A stretch of 64,000 nucleotides of DNA, taken from Eledone cirrhosa (taxonomy: Eukaryota). The notes under the pieces were generated by a model, which was not told the DNA's origin, searched no databases, and saw only the letters and a list, made by a program, of their open reading frames with translations. This document shows positions 1 through 12,367 of this stretch, in pieces. The position numbers and the translations under genes are program-made. The first letter of the stretch is position 1. Every line of letters starts with the position of its first letter. Where the stretch lies: positions 36,890,001 through 36,954,000 of the forward strand of contig OZ024750.1 in assembly GCA_964016885.1 (NCBI GenBank), read 5' to 3'.

Positions 1-389
1 ATAGCTTGATTATTAATAATTATGTACAAGAGAAGAATTTATATTTGCTCATAAATACTGAAAAAAAAATTGTAATTGGTAAACATTAGAGATTTCTTTG
101 TAAAATGAACTCATTTTCTTCTTGTGAATAGCCATCACTTGAGATTAATAGAGATAAAGTATGTATTATATGGAATAAATGGTTTCTGATTACCATAGTC
201 TATGTACAAGCTCAGTGGAATGTTGTTGTACTCTTTAGCCCAAGGCCAACCAAGTTTGGGCATACATATGATCAAAGCTATTCAAGCCATTACCGTCCAG
301 TCTTTTCAGTCGTAGTTCACCTTAGATTACATTATACAATGTTTTTCCATTAAAAAAAAAGACACAAAAATGTAGTGAATATGATTTAA

Positions 390-610
390 CCCTTTAGCAT
401 TTACACTACTCTATATATACTATTGTATTTTCACGGCAAAGGCTTTACCTCACATAGTTATCTCACATAATATTGAATCTATGAGATTTTGATAGTACTT
501 ATTTTAAGAACAATACCTTAACATCAGTATGAGTGGTTGGTTACAGCTGGTTTGAACAGAAAGAAGGGAGAGAATTCTGGTCGGATATGGCCAGTTTAAA
601 TGCTAAAGGG
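390..610. mobile_element. piggyBac-like MITE (TTAA target)
   Basis: TTAA-CCCTTTAGCATTTA...TAAATGCTAAAGGG-TTAA terminal inverted repeats; several homologous copies in the window. Confidence 0.85.
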
Positions 611-747
611 TTAAAAGAGATTTGGCTGCTATTTCTTTTAAATCAAGTACAAACTTCCATTTTTGTCGGGTTTACTAAATTAAATTTATTCATGTTAGAT
701 GGTGGTGGGGGATGTTAGTAAGGAATAAAAACAAGTATATATATAGA

Positions 748-962
748 CATCATCATCATAATCATCACAATCATCATCATAACCATTGTCGTCGTCATCA
801 TCACAATCATTGTTGTCATCATAATCATCAACATCATCATCATCATCATTGTCATCATCATCATCAATGTCATCAACATCATCATCGTCGTCATCATCAT
901 CATCAACGTCATCAACATCATCATCATTGTCATCATCATCATCATCATCATCTCCGTCATCA
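748..962. repeat. Imperfect (CAT)n microsatellite
   Basis: Direct reading; source of the poly-D/H/M/S ORFs. Confidence 0.95.
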
Positions 963-1169
963 TTTTTAATCCGTTTTCCATATGCTGACATGGCTTTGAC
1001 TGTTATTTCTTATAAGTCAAGTAGCTACATAGAGATTCCTTGTTAGGATTTAAGATGAGTGGAAAGGTTATCACAAGTGTGTTGGGATTTAAGAGGGGTG
1101 GGGAAGGGAGGTATGATAGGATTTAAGAGAGAAGGGTATGATGGTATGACTGGTATCTCTCTATCTCTA

Positions 1170-1586
1170 ACGCGGGTAAAATTCCGGATATCCATGGACA
1201 AGTTCTCTCCAGCGGTCTCTGACCCTCATTATCGCTGCCATGTCCTGCGTCTCCAACAGACCAGTGTCTGTCCTTAGGGCATCAACATACGTTAACCTCA
1301 GTCTCCCTCTTCCAGTGTGTCCATGTAGGGGCTCCCACAGGAGCACTTAGTGCAGTGTCAACTCTGGATGTCAGTGAGCATGTCCAGCTAACCTCAGTCT
1401 CCTCTGCGTTACTTTCAAGCTGTATATATATATACACACACACACACCTACATATCCTCGGTCTCCCGCTTCCAGTGTGTCCATGTAGGGGCTCCCACAG
1501 GAGCACTGAGTGCAGTGTCAACTCTGGATGTCAGTGAGCATGTCCAGCTAACCTCAGTCTCCTCTGCGTTACTTTCAAGCAAGCTG

Positions 1587-1619
<33 letters not shown>

Positions 1620-1830
1620 CTACATATCCTCGGTCTCCCTCTTCCAGTGTGTCCATGCAGGGGCTCCCACAGAAGCACTGAGTACAGTGTCAACTCTGGA
1701 TGTCAGTGAGCATGCCCAGCTAACCTCAGTCTCCTCTGTGTCACTTTTGAGCTGACTTTTGGGAGGCTCCCGTACAGCTCTGAGTTCTTCATCCTCAGTG
1801 TATACTGATTAATGTTCAGAGCCATCCTCA
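1170..1830 (-). mobile_element. RTE-clade LINE 3' fragment, tandemly triplicated (~170-bp units)
   Basis: Repeated peptide VLLWEPLHGHTGxGRP resembling an RTE ORF2 C-terminus; units separated by TA/CA runs. Confidence 0.6.
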
Positions 1831-2029
1831 GCATTCTCGTGTAGCACCCATCCACCATCTGAGTGAGTTTCTTGGTATGTTAGGATTTAAGAGGGGAGAT
1901 TGGTAAAGAGTTATAACTTGATCCTGGGTAGAGTGGGCTGGGGGTTTACAGTGATAATAAGGAGGGGCATGAATGGGTTGGTTTGTATCTTTTATAAGCA
2001 TTCTTCTCCAGTACTGCCACATATCCTAC

Positions 2030-2188
2030 ATATACGTATGTGTGTCTGTCTCTGTGTCAGTGTATGTGTGTGTGTATGTCTGTGTGTGTATGTCTGTGTG
2101 TATGCATGTGTCTTTGTGTGTGTGTATGCATGTGTCTCTGTGTGTCTCTATCTGTGTGTATGCATGTGTCTCTGTGTGAATGTATGTC

Positions 2189-2225
<37 letters not shown>
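2030..2225. repeat. Degenerate (TG)n/(TA)n microsatellite
   Basis: Direct reading. Confidence 0.9.
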
Positions 2226-2430
2226 CAAGTTGATTATCAAGTTGACAACTGACATCCTGTACAATACAACAAACAGTTCATGGACAAGTAGATCTGTCAG
2301 ATCAATACTGAAATTTACTATTCTATAATCATAGGGAAATATATTTTCAAGTAGATATATATAAGAGTATAACTACACAATGTAAATACATCTCTACAAT
2401 GTTACACAGGATAGAAACAGTTATGTCAGT

Positions 2431-2890
2431 GAAGGCTCATGGCATAGTGGTTAGAGCATTGGGCTTGCAATCGGAAGGTTGTGAGTTCGATTCTCAGACC
2501 GGGTAATGCATTGTGTCCTTGAGTAAGACACTTTATTTCACATCGATCCGGTGTGATCCATAGTGGTTAGAGCATTGGGCTTGCAATCGAATGGTTGTGA
2601 GTTCAATTCTTGGACCGGGTGATGTGTTGTTTCCTTGAGCAAGACACTGTATTTCACATTGCTCCAGTTTACTCAGCTGTAGAAATGTGTGTTGTGATGT
2701 CACTGGTGCCATGTTATATCGGTTTTTGCCTTTCTCTTGGACAACATCGGTGGCGTGGAGAGGGGAGGCTGGTATGTATGGGTGACTGCTGGTCTTCCAC
2801 AAAACAAACCTTGCTCGGACTTGTGCCTCAGATGAGAACTTTCTAGGTGCAAATCGCATGTTCATTCGTAACTGAAGGGGGTCTTTACTT
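2431..2890 (+). mobile_element. tRNA-derived SINE family A (duplicated head, alternative tail)
   Basis: A box TGGCATAGTGG, B box GTTCGATTC, CORE-like TCCTTGAGCAAGACAC; homolog at 44690-44995. Confidence 0.8.
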
Positions 2891-3299
2891 TTTGTCAGTT
2901 CTACAGTAACATTGCCAAGGTTGCTGGAATATAAAATACTTAATATATCAGATGTTGTAATTTGTCTACCAGTAAATCTTGAATATTGATGGCGAATTGG
3001 TAAAGACATTAGAATGTAAAATAGAATGCTTTGTGGTATTCATTTCAGCTTTCTGTTCTCTGAGTCAACTTTGAACTATTCACAACCTTTACTAAAATCA
3101 GAACTTTCCTAATGATTGATGAGGAATAGGTGGTAAGTATATTTGAAACACACAACAGAATGTCTCCCCAATCAAACACAATGATTCTCTGTCAACATTC
3201 GAGAAAATGGAGTAACACTTTGTTCAGAATTTCATTTTAGAGAGCAAAGCAAATGAAGAAACCCACAAAAGTATACAGTATGTTAATCAGGGAATATTT

Positions 3300-3704
3300 A
3301 TTATTCACAGTCTACACTGCCACTCAAAAGTGTACTGTATGTTGTTATTGACAGTCTACACTGCCACTCAAAGGTGTACTGTATATTGTTATTCACAGTC
3401 TACACTGCCACTCAAAATTATACTGTGTGTTTATTAGTCACACTCTACACTGCCACTCAAAAGTATACTGTGTGTTTATTAGTCACACTCTACACTGCCA
3501 CTCAAAATTATACTGTGTGCTTATTAGTCACACTCTACACTGCCACTCAAAAGTTTACTGTGTGTTTATTAGTCAAAGTCTACACTGCCACTCAAAAGTA
3601 CCCTGCCTCACAAAAGTGTACTGCATGTTAATCAGAGAATGTCTACTATTAACAGTCTACACTGCCAAACAAAAGTACACTGCCTCACAAAAGTATACAG
3701 TGTA
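3300..3704. repeat. 45-bp minisatellite
   Basis: Unit TTATTAGTCACACTCTACACTGCCACTCAAAAGTATACTGTGTGT; 15-aa periodic ORF. Confidence 0.9.
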
Positions 3705-3708
3705 TTAA

Positions 3709-3926
3709 CCCTTTAGCATTTACATTACTCTATATTTACTATTGTATTTTCATGGTAAAGGCTTTATCTCGAATATTTCACATAATATCAAATCTATGAG
3801 ATTTTGATATTATTTATTTTGAGAACAATACCTTAACATCAATATGAGTAGCAAGTTATGGCTGGTTTGAACCGAAAGAGTTGAGAGAATTCTGGCTGGA
3901 TATGGCTGGTTTAAATGATAAAAGGG
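3709..3926. mobile_element. piggyBac-like MITE
   Basis: Homologous to 390-610; TTAA on both sides. Confidence 0.85.
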
Positions 3927-4102
3927 TTAATCAGGGAATGTTCATTAATCGGATAGAAACCTCACATATAAATATCTAACTAATGATTAATTTAAAACAG
4001 AAACGTTTGGCAGGGGATTAACACCACATATAGATATTTTGATGATGTTTTATATTAAAATGATGGCAATTATTGAAATATTGAAACTATATATATATAT
4101 AT

Positions 4103-4543
4103 GAAGGCACATGGCTTCGTGGTTAGAGCATTGGGGTTGCAATCGAATGGTTGTGAGTTCAATTCTCGGACCGGGTGAGGTGTTGTTTCCTTGAGCAAGA
4201 CACTGTATTTCACATTGCTCCAGTTTACTCAGCTGTAGAAATGAGATGATAGGACTGGGGTCCCTATCATTCCACTGTAAAGTGGTCATGGAGGTGCCAC
4301 GGCAAAAAAGCACCCAGCCCACACTGTAAAGTGGATGTGTAGGTGCCACTACAAAAAAAGCACCCAGCACTCACTGTAAATGAGGTTGGTGTTAGGAAGG
4401 GCATCCAGCTGTAGAAATCAAGCCAGAATCAGTTCCCATATGAGCAAGACAAGGTCAGCCGACCGGACACTGCCTACAACAGGACAACCTGTCTAACCCA
4501 TGCTAGCGTGGAAGAACGGACGTAAAAACGGTGATGATGATGA
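4103..4543 (+). mobile_element. SINE family A, full length with RTE-like tail
   Basis: tRNA head, CORE-like block, ~48-bp internal repeats, CCCATGCTAGCGTGG...(GAT)n tail. Confidence 0.85.
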
Positions 4544-4597
4544 TATATATATATATATATATAAAAAAGAAAATTTCGCTCTACATGGCTGAATACA

Positions 4598-4820
4598 GTA
4601 AATGTAATCTGAGTTTTTCGAATATTAATAATAAAATTCAATTCGTTTGCAACTATGATGCTATTTTCAAAAATACACAATGACTGTTCGCATGCCAACA
4701 GAAGAGCAAGAATGAAGTGTTCATTCTACTGACATGGCTATAAAATTGAGGCTTGTTTGCATAGTTCCAAACGAATCGAATGTTATTATTAATATTTGAA
4801 AAACTCAGATTACATTTATA
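4598..4820. mobile_element. Short element with ~60-bp terminal inverted repeat, homologous to the HHR-bearing element at 41486-41790
   Basis: TAAATGTAATCTGAGTTTTTCG... and ...GAAAAACTCAGATTACATTTA; right end runs into (TA)n. Confidence 0.7.
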
Positions 4821-5129
4821 TATATATATATATGTGTGTATGTGTGTTAATATTTTCATATGAAATCTAATCAATAGAGGGATGCATTAATGATCAGATA
4901 AAAACAAACACAATAATATTAAATGGTCCATATTCACAGGATCTATTGAGATTAAATATTTCCAATAAGAATTTAAATATCTTTTAGTATTCTCATAAAA
5001 CATGATTTTTTAATAGAACATAATGTTCAATTTTTTTATAATTATAAAAGCAACTATTTTAACTTTATCAGTAGAAAACGAAGTGCATATATAGATAACT
5101 TTGATAGGAGCTAGAATATTTTATAAATC

Positions 5130-5555
5130 CGAGGTGGAGTGCAGGAGAGAAGAATATGTTGATGTGGACATGTGATGTACATGGACAATGACTGCTGGGT
5201 GAAGGAATGCCAGGAAATTCAAGTGGAAGGAAGTTGCAGTAGAGGTAGACCAAGAAAGTTGGAGTGCAGGAGAGAAGACTGCGTTGGTATGGACATGTGA
5301 TGTACATAAACAATGACCACTAGGTAAAGAAATGCTAGTAAATCCCAGTAGAAGGAAGCTGCAGTAGATGTTGACAAAGAAAGACCTGGGCAGAGGTTGT
5401 GAGGGCTGACCTCAAATCGCTAACACTGGCAGAGGAGATGATGAAGGAACATGAAGAGTGGAGAGATGTCATGCGGAGGATTCATCCAAATCATACATGC
5501 ATGGAAAAATGGACTTAAAACCGATGATGATGATCATCATCATCATAATGATGAT
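5130..5555 (+). mobile_element. RTE LINE 3' end fragment
   Basis: QERRLRWYGHVM-like coding remnants and (GAT)n tail. Confidence 0.75.
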
Positions 5556-6094
5556 AAGGATTCAATGGACTTGAAATATAAAATGTTAGGATAATAACTT
5601 AAAGATAATATCTAGAGCAAACTGCAGGTATCCATTATCAGTGTGGAGAAATGGATGTGAAATAAGGAATGAATTAATTAAATACTAGAAAACTAGGAAA
5701 CTAAGTATGTTTTGACATTCACAGGAGGAAATTGATTGTGTTTTAATGACCTCACTAGGAAATTAAATATATTGATAGGAAAACTAGTATCTAATAGCTG
5801 TTTAAAATAACAACCAGCATAGGGATTTTAGTGCAACATATTTACTATGTTCAGATTTCCTTTGCTTGATTTTGTCATACATTTTTAGTGTGTACTTCAG
5901 ATATAGATTTTCTAGGGAATGTTAGTCTTGTAGTCTTCATCATTAATTACATCGTATTGGTTTGATAAAAAGATATCAATAGATTGAGTACCAGACATAA
6001 AAAAATAAGCCTTGGGGGTTAACAGAATGACTAAAGACACAATGCATATATATATATAAACAGAAAAAAATGAGGAAGTTTCGTTTACATATAA

Positions 6095-6357
6095 TATTTA
6101 TTGTATAGTAAACCGTTATGCATGTTTCACAGAGGATTGGCTTAAGGTAGCCCATAGGAGTTATGGACCTGACTCCAGTATTGATCTGTTCTTCAGACTG
6201 AAGATTCAGCTCACATACCACAACAAAAATATATCTTTTTTGTCACATCACCAGTCTGACGAGCAGATCTTTACTGGAGTCAGGTCCATAACTCCTGTGA
6301 GTTACCTTGAGCCAATCCTCTGTGAAACACGCACAACAGGTCGATACACAATAAATA
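6095..6357. repeat. ~100-bp inverted repeat, each arm with a decayed HHR-like core
   Basis: Arms 6095-6200 and 6252-6357; CTGA(C/A)GA-RCAGA...TCTGT-GAAAC on opposite strands. Confidence 0.65.
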
Positions 6358-6464
6358 AGGTGCTTATATGTGGTTGTTATGCTGTAACTTCATGAAACTC
6401 TCTATATATATATATGTTTGTATGTATATATATATTTATGTATGTATGTGTATATATATTTATG

Positions 6465-6660
6465 TAATAGAAATGAGGAAGGCTTCAGAATCCTGGAATT
6501 ATGTGATGCTAATAACCTAACTATCTGTAACACAAACTTCAAAAATCGAGAAAACCACTTGATCACCTATAGATCAGGGAAACACGCCAGCCAGATAGAT
6601 TATATCCTTACTAGAAGGCATGACAGAGTGTCTGTTGTAAACACTAAGTCCCTCCCCCTT
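6465..6660 (+). mobile_element. RTE LINE apurinic endonuclease fragment
   Basis: RNEEGFRILELCDANNLTICNT...ITYRSGKHASQIDYILTR. Confidence 0.8.
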
Positions 6661-7179
6661 TGTGACGGTCGCGACTCCCAGTGGCAGATCCATGTACTAA
6701 ATGGAGTTGCGTCCCCCTGGGGACTATATATTTGAGAGCTTAAAGGCATTCTGTCTCACTTCCTACACCGCAGCACGAAGAACCACTTCAGACCTTGCCG
6801 AGAGAAGATTTCTGCTTTCTCTCTCTTCTCTACACACTCCAGTTTGGGAGTTGAGCCCAACTCACCATCAACATGTGGTAAAAATTATTTCTATTAATTT
6901 ATTTGACTTCTGTGAAGTAAAACTATGACACAACACTCACCTGCATTTATTGTCATTCTTAATACACTGATACTAACATTCTAAATATTTATTTATGAAA
7001 TTAAGAGTAGTTAAAACGGGGTTATTTCAACATTGCTTTATTGCATGATATATATTTCTGTTACATGATTATGCATGTGACTTCATCTGATGTTCATACA
7101 ATCATAGGTGCAGTAATGCAGTCATCGCAATATGTCCAGTTGTGATGCCAGTAGACATGTGTGTGTATATATATATATA

Positions 7180-7758
7180 TATTTCGTTTCTGAATTTGTT
7201 TAGCAAGATTCTTTATCTGAAAACGTGTGTTGAAACTAATATTGTTATACTTTGGGGGGGGGGGGGGGGGGGTCATGTTGCCAATAAGAAACACACGCAC
7301 CAGTTGCTTTCACTCCAATTTATTATAAATTAAATTTATAAATTTAAGAATTTATAAATTTCCGGTTGGTTGGTTGGTTGGATGGTTGTTCATATATTGT
7401 CAAAGTTCTTTCGTCACACATTCTGTGACCTCTTCAGTGACTGGGATTCTTTTCTTTGTTTTTGTGCCTCTCCTTTGTTCTGTCCTACGCCATCTTGTTT
7501 TTGTGTGTGTTGTGTGCTTAGTTTGCGCATGTGTTATATCTGGGTGTCTGTGTGTGTTTATATTTGTTTATTTATTTGTTTATTTACATGTTACTGGCTG
7601 GTTGTTTGACAATATATGAACAACCGTCCGGTTGTGGAACCAACCAACCAACCGGAAATTTATAAATTCTTAAATTTATAAATTTAATTTATAATAAATT
7701 GGAGTGAAAGCAACTGGTGCGTGTGTTTCTTATTGGCAACATGACCCTCCCAAAGCAT

Positions 7759-7765
<7 letters not shown>
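7180..7765 (-). mobile_element. Solo Penelope pLTR with inverted partial copy, both ends in (TA)n
   Basis: 7180-7606 matches the reverse complement of the 40005-40450 part of the pLTR; 7607-7765 is an inverted copy. Confidence 0.9.
7399..7441 (-). ncRNA. Minimal type I hammerhead ribozyme (pLTR)
   Basis: GTCA-CTGAAGA-G-GTCACA..TGTGAC-GAAA-GAA-CTT-TGAC. Confidence 0.8.
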
Positions 7766-7821
<56 letters not shown>

Positions 7822-9934
7822 CACATATATATATATACACACATATATAAAGGGAGAGAGAGAGAACTGTGCAGTTTTCCATGACTAACAACTTTTCTTG
7901 TCATGGTACCACGGAAATGCACCTGGTACACTGTGGTTAGCAACAGGAAGGACACCCCCTTTAGAATCTATACTTAAAACAGTTGAGAGGACCCTTTAGT
8001 TGTGTCAAAACACAACTTGTGATTTACACATTAAATGAACACAGTCAACACTGTAATGTGTTTAGCTGTTAGGAAGGGCATCCAGCCATAGAAAGCTTAC
8101 CAAACAAAGAGTTGGGAGGACATGATAACTTCTCCAGTGCACTCAATAGAAAGTATGATTATACATAAGTAGGATGCAAACCCCTTGGCCTATCTGGGAG
8201 TAGCCCCGCTTCAGTACTTATTTGGTCTGTGAGACTAATCCCTTGCTTGTAAGGAGAGATATGAGAATCACTCCTAAATATTTAGTCATTATATTTAGGA
8301 TACAGATCTAAGAATTACTCCCAAACAGTTACTATCTTCAGGCTGTAGAGGTGCTCAAGCAGAAATGACAACAACAACAGCAATAACATACAGTCAATTA
8401 AAATGTTGATATTTCATTCAAAATAGGAGTCATAGATTTGAAGTAAATGTTTTTATTTTCATATCTTTATGGACACGTTTTCCTCATGGTTAGTTGTGAT
8501 GTTAGGATCTAATAGCATGATTTACTGTAGAAAATAAGGTATTTTCTTTGAAGTCTTATTTATCTTTTTAATTAGACTTCTGCTAAAATAAATAGAAATA
8601 AAATACCTAAACAGAAGAATTCTTATTCACAAATGGATAAAAAGAAATATTTTAATGACTTATTTTAAAGTAATTAGTATCTATTTTTCAATAGGCAAAT
8701 TCTTTTTGAAACAACATGAGAAATCATATTAGCTTGAATTCGTTGTAAGAATATTATATCATGCATTTTAGTAGTTCATTCTTTAACACGGTTCCTATCC
8801 AATCAAAACATCATTCACCTACATATCAATTTTATCTTTATTCTTCTCTATTCAACTCTCTACACTGGAATATTACTTTCTCTATTACATATTACAAACT
8901 ATAAAATCTTTAAACTGAAACTGAAATCAAAATTTAAGAAGCCATTTTTTCACTTCACATGTGAACTCATATTTATCAAATTATTTCATATATGTGAGTT
9001 CGATTCCTGGACCAGGCGATGCGTTATGTCCTTGAGCAAGACACTTTATTTCACGTTGCTCCTTCTACCTGGAGTTGCGACCGATAGATAGTATTAGCAA
9101 TTGGAAAGACCAACGGAAACATTGTTCCCTCGGTCCAATTTGACGAAAGTCGATCGTTCCTATATATATATAAAACCATCATCGTTTAACGTCCATCTTC
9201 CACGCTAGCATAGGTTGGACTGGTTTGTCCAACTTTGAGATTGGTTGGGAGACCATGTCTCGCTCATACAGAACTGTTTCTGGCAGGTTTTCTATAGTTG
9301 GATGCCCTTCCTAACACCAATCACATTTACAGTGTGGACTGGGAGCCTTTTTACCGTGTCTTCTACACGACCACTATACAGTGTGAACTGGGTGCTTTTT
9401 GACGTGTCTCCTACATGACCACTTTACAATGGACAGAAGTGGGAGGATGGAGTAGGGGGGTGTGGGGTGTCACCGAGATTATGGAGATAATTGAGAGGAG
9501 AATGCAGGTGATCAATAAAAGGAGTAACCTGTTCAGCACCTGCCACCACAGATCAACTACAACCTTCCTCAGACTGTGTGGATTAGCAACGTAGTTGTAA
9601 TGGCTGGGGTCCAGTACAAAGCTTCACCATGGGAGCCAGACATGGCCGCACAACGCCTCCAACATCAGGTGAATTCTGGATAACCTGTGTGCATCTGCCC
9701 CGAATCAGTCTACCACCATTCAGTTATGCACGTATAGGATTTTAGACTTGTGACATGAGGGTCCGTGTTTTATATCCCTTTGTTCCTATGTTCTCCATAT
9801 GTGTACCTGCATTTATATCTGTATACCAACATGTATGTTTTTTTTGTTCCTATATTCGCTTTCTACAACTCCCATCCACAGTCTAGCAGTCGCTTTTGTC
9901 CGGGCCTGGTTGTTACCATTATTATTAATACATA

Positions 9935-10735
9935 TATAAAGTACCAGTAATGCGCTGGGTAATTGCTGGCCTTGTGCCTAAAGTAGAAACAATTATTAAT
10001 ACGTATATAGGGCGGTGGATTGGCAGTATCGGTAGAGGGTCGGACGCCATGCTTTCCAGCATAGTTACGTCCCTTTATGGTCTGAGTTCAAATCCCGCCG
10101 AGGTTAACTTTGCCTTTCATCCTTACGGGGTCGATAAAATAAAGTACCAGTAATGTACTGGGATAATTGCTGGCCTTGTGCCTAAAGTAGAAACAATTAT
10201 TACTGTAGGAATTTATTTACAGCGACCGGCACCACCAGGCCTTTTTTGTTGCCGCCATCATCATGACGGATTCATTAGCGGTGTTGTTGTTGTTGTTGGT
10301 AGTGTTGCCGTTGCCTGGCTATCGGGTGGAGATGCGGTCGCTGCCACTAGTTGGGTACTACTATTACTACTAATAATTGTTTCTACTTTTTGGCACAAGG
10401 CCAGCAATTACCCAGTGCATTACTGGTACTTTATTTTATCGACCCCATAAGGATGAAAGGCAAAGTTAACCTCGGAGGGATTTGAACTCAGATCATAAAG
10501 GGACGTAACTCTATGCTGGAAAGCATGTCCAAATAGCGGTGAATTGGCAGTATCGGTAGAGGGTCAGACGCCATGCTTTCCAGCATAGTTACGTCCCTTT
10601 ACGGTCTGAGTCTCAGTTCAAATCCCGCCGGCGTTAACTTTGCTTTTCATCCTTACGGGGTCGATAAAATAAAATACCAGTAATGTACTGGTAATTGCTG
10701 GCCTTGTGCCCAAAAGTAGAAACAACTATTACTAC
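9935..10735. mobile_element. Cluster of tRNA-derived SINE family B (Nin/Deu-domain-like), direct and inverted copies
   Basis: TGGCAGTATCGG A box, GTTCAAATCC B box, GCCTTTCATCCTTACGGGGTCGATAAAATAAAGTACCAG block, (ATT)n tail. Confidence 0.85.
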
Positions 10736-11085
10736 TACTGCAACAGCCAGTGTAGGCAATAGGGTTGTTGTTGCTGTTGTTGTTGTTGCTGTCAAAATGT
10801 GTATATTGTCCTCCCTCAAAGTCCATTTATTGCTCTTGTTGTTGTTGTTGTTACTATCACTGCGACTACAGTGGCCAATGTAGGCGATGTTGGTCGGTGC
10901 TTGCTGTTGTTGTTGTTGCCTGGAATGTAGCTGTGATCAAAATGTATACCTCACCCTCCCTCAGAGTTCTGTTTATTGCTTCCACTATCTACTGGAATCT
11001 AGCTACGCATAGACTATCGTTTGGTACTGGTCAACACAACACACTTGAATGGTTACCGTTTTGATAATTTACGACTCTAATAGAT

Positions 11086-11430
11086 GGAGGCACATGGCTT
11101 AGTGGTTAGAGCATTGGCCTTGCAATCGAAAGGTTGTGAGTTCAATTCTCAGACCGGGTGATGTGTTGTTTCCTTGAGCAAGACACTTTATTTCACATTG
11201 CTCCAGTTTACTCAGCTGTAGAAATGAGATGATAGGGACTCCAGTCCTTATCATTCCACTGCAAAGTGGTCGTGGAGGTGCCACGGTAAAAAAGCACCCA
11301 GCACTCACTGTAAATGAGGTTGGTGTTAGGAAGGGCATCCAGCTGTAGAAATCAAGCCAGAATCAGTTTCCGTCCCACCCTTGCAAGCAGGGAAAAAGCG
11401 GACATAAAATGAAATGATGTTGATGATGAA
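11086..11430 (+). mobile_element. SINE family A
   Basis: Matches 4103-4543 and 42305-42693. Confidence 0.85.
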
Positions 11431-11692
11431 TTCTATGGGAGGGGGGTGCATGAGTCCTGATTTCACTAATTGACACATAGATAGCACTTTACTCCAGAAA
11501 ACTAAGAAACCCGTTTAGGGTGCACAAGCAGAAGCATGTGTTTTTCCTGCCGGCAGCATATCACTAAATCTAATTTCATCTGAAGATAGCGTTCTCATAA
11601 CAACAACAAATGCATGAATTACATCTTGATTGCATGGGAGAACCGTTGCAATAATTATAATGAATAAACAATTCATGTAACGTCAGCATGTA

Positions 11693-11880
11693 TTGGCAGT
11701 ATCGGTAGAGAGTCGGACGCCATGCTTTCCAGCATAGTTACGTCCCTTTACAATCTGAGTTCAAATCCCGCCGAGGTTCACTTTGTCTTTCATCCTTACG
11801 GGGTCGATAAAATAAAGTACCAGTAATGCACTGAGTAATTGCTGGCCTTGTGCCAAAAGAAGAAACAATTATTATTATTA
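11693..11880 (+). mobile_element. SINE family B
   Basis: Matches 10011-10200. Confidence 0.85.
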
Positions 11881-12367
11881 TAATATATATATAAACAAAT
11901 TAACTCAAAAATAGTGTTTTGAGATGCGAGTGTATTAGGAAAATGGGAAAACTCGGCATATGGAAACTGTTAGAACAGCAAAATACTGTTGAAGCAGCGT
12001 TTGCTAAAATATTACCTCAAAGGACAGAGATCAGTGGCTTGATGTGAGTTGACTTGAAGGAAGGAAGAGAAGATATGAAAGAAGGAAAAAGAATGGATAA
12101 AAGTGAACAAGTCACAAACATTAAAATATTCTCTTCAGATCTCAACCTCCAGCAGTTTCGGCGAATCAATGAGATTACTGCGGGGATTAGGAGGCTCGTA
12201 AAGGAGAAGCAAATATCTTCTTTCATATATTGTTTGTGTTGGGATAGGTTAAAGAGTGAGAGAGAGATGGAGAGAGAGAGAAAGATGAAGTGCGTGTGAT
12301 CAAATCCAAGTCGCCACAAGAAAGGAAGAATATTGGCATATATGTAGATATATAGATATATGATATA

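Noticed and set aside
695-1046. Poly-Asp/His/Met/Ser ORFs
   Set aside because: Translations of a CAT microsatellite in several frames
11086-11160. tRNA gene
   Set aside because: A/B boxes run into a SINE body and tail; multi-copy SINE head
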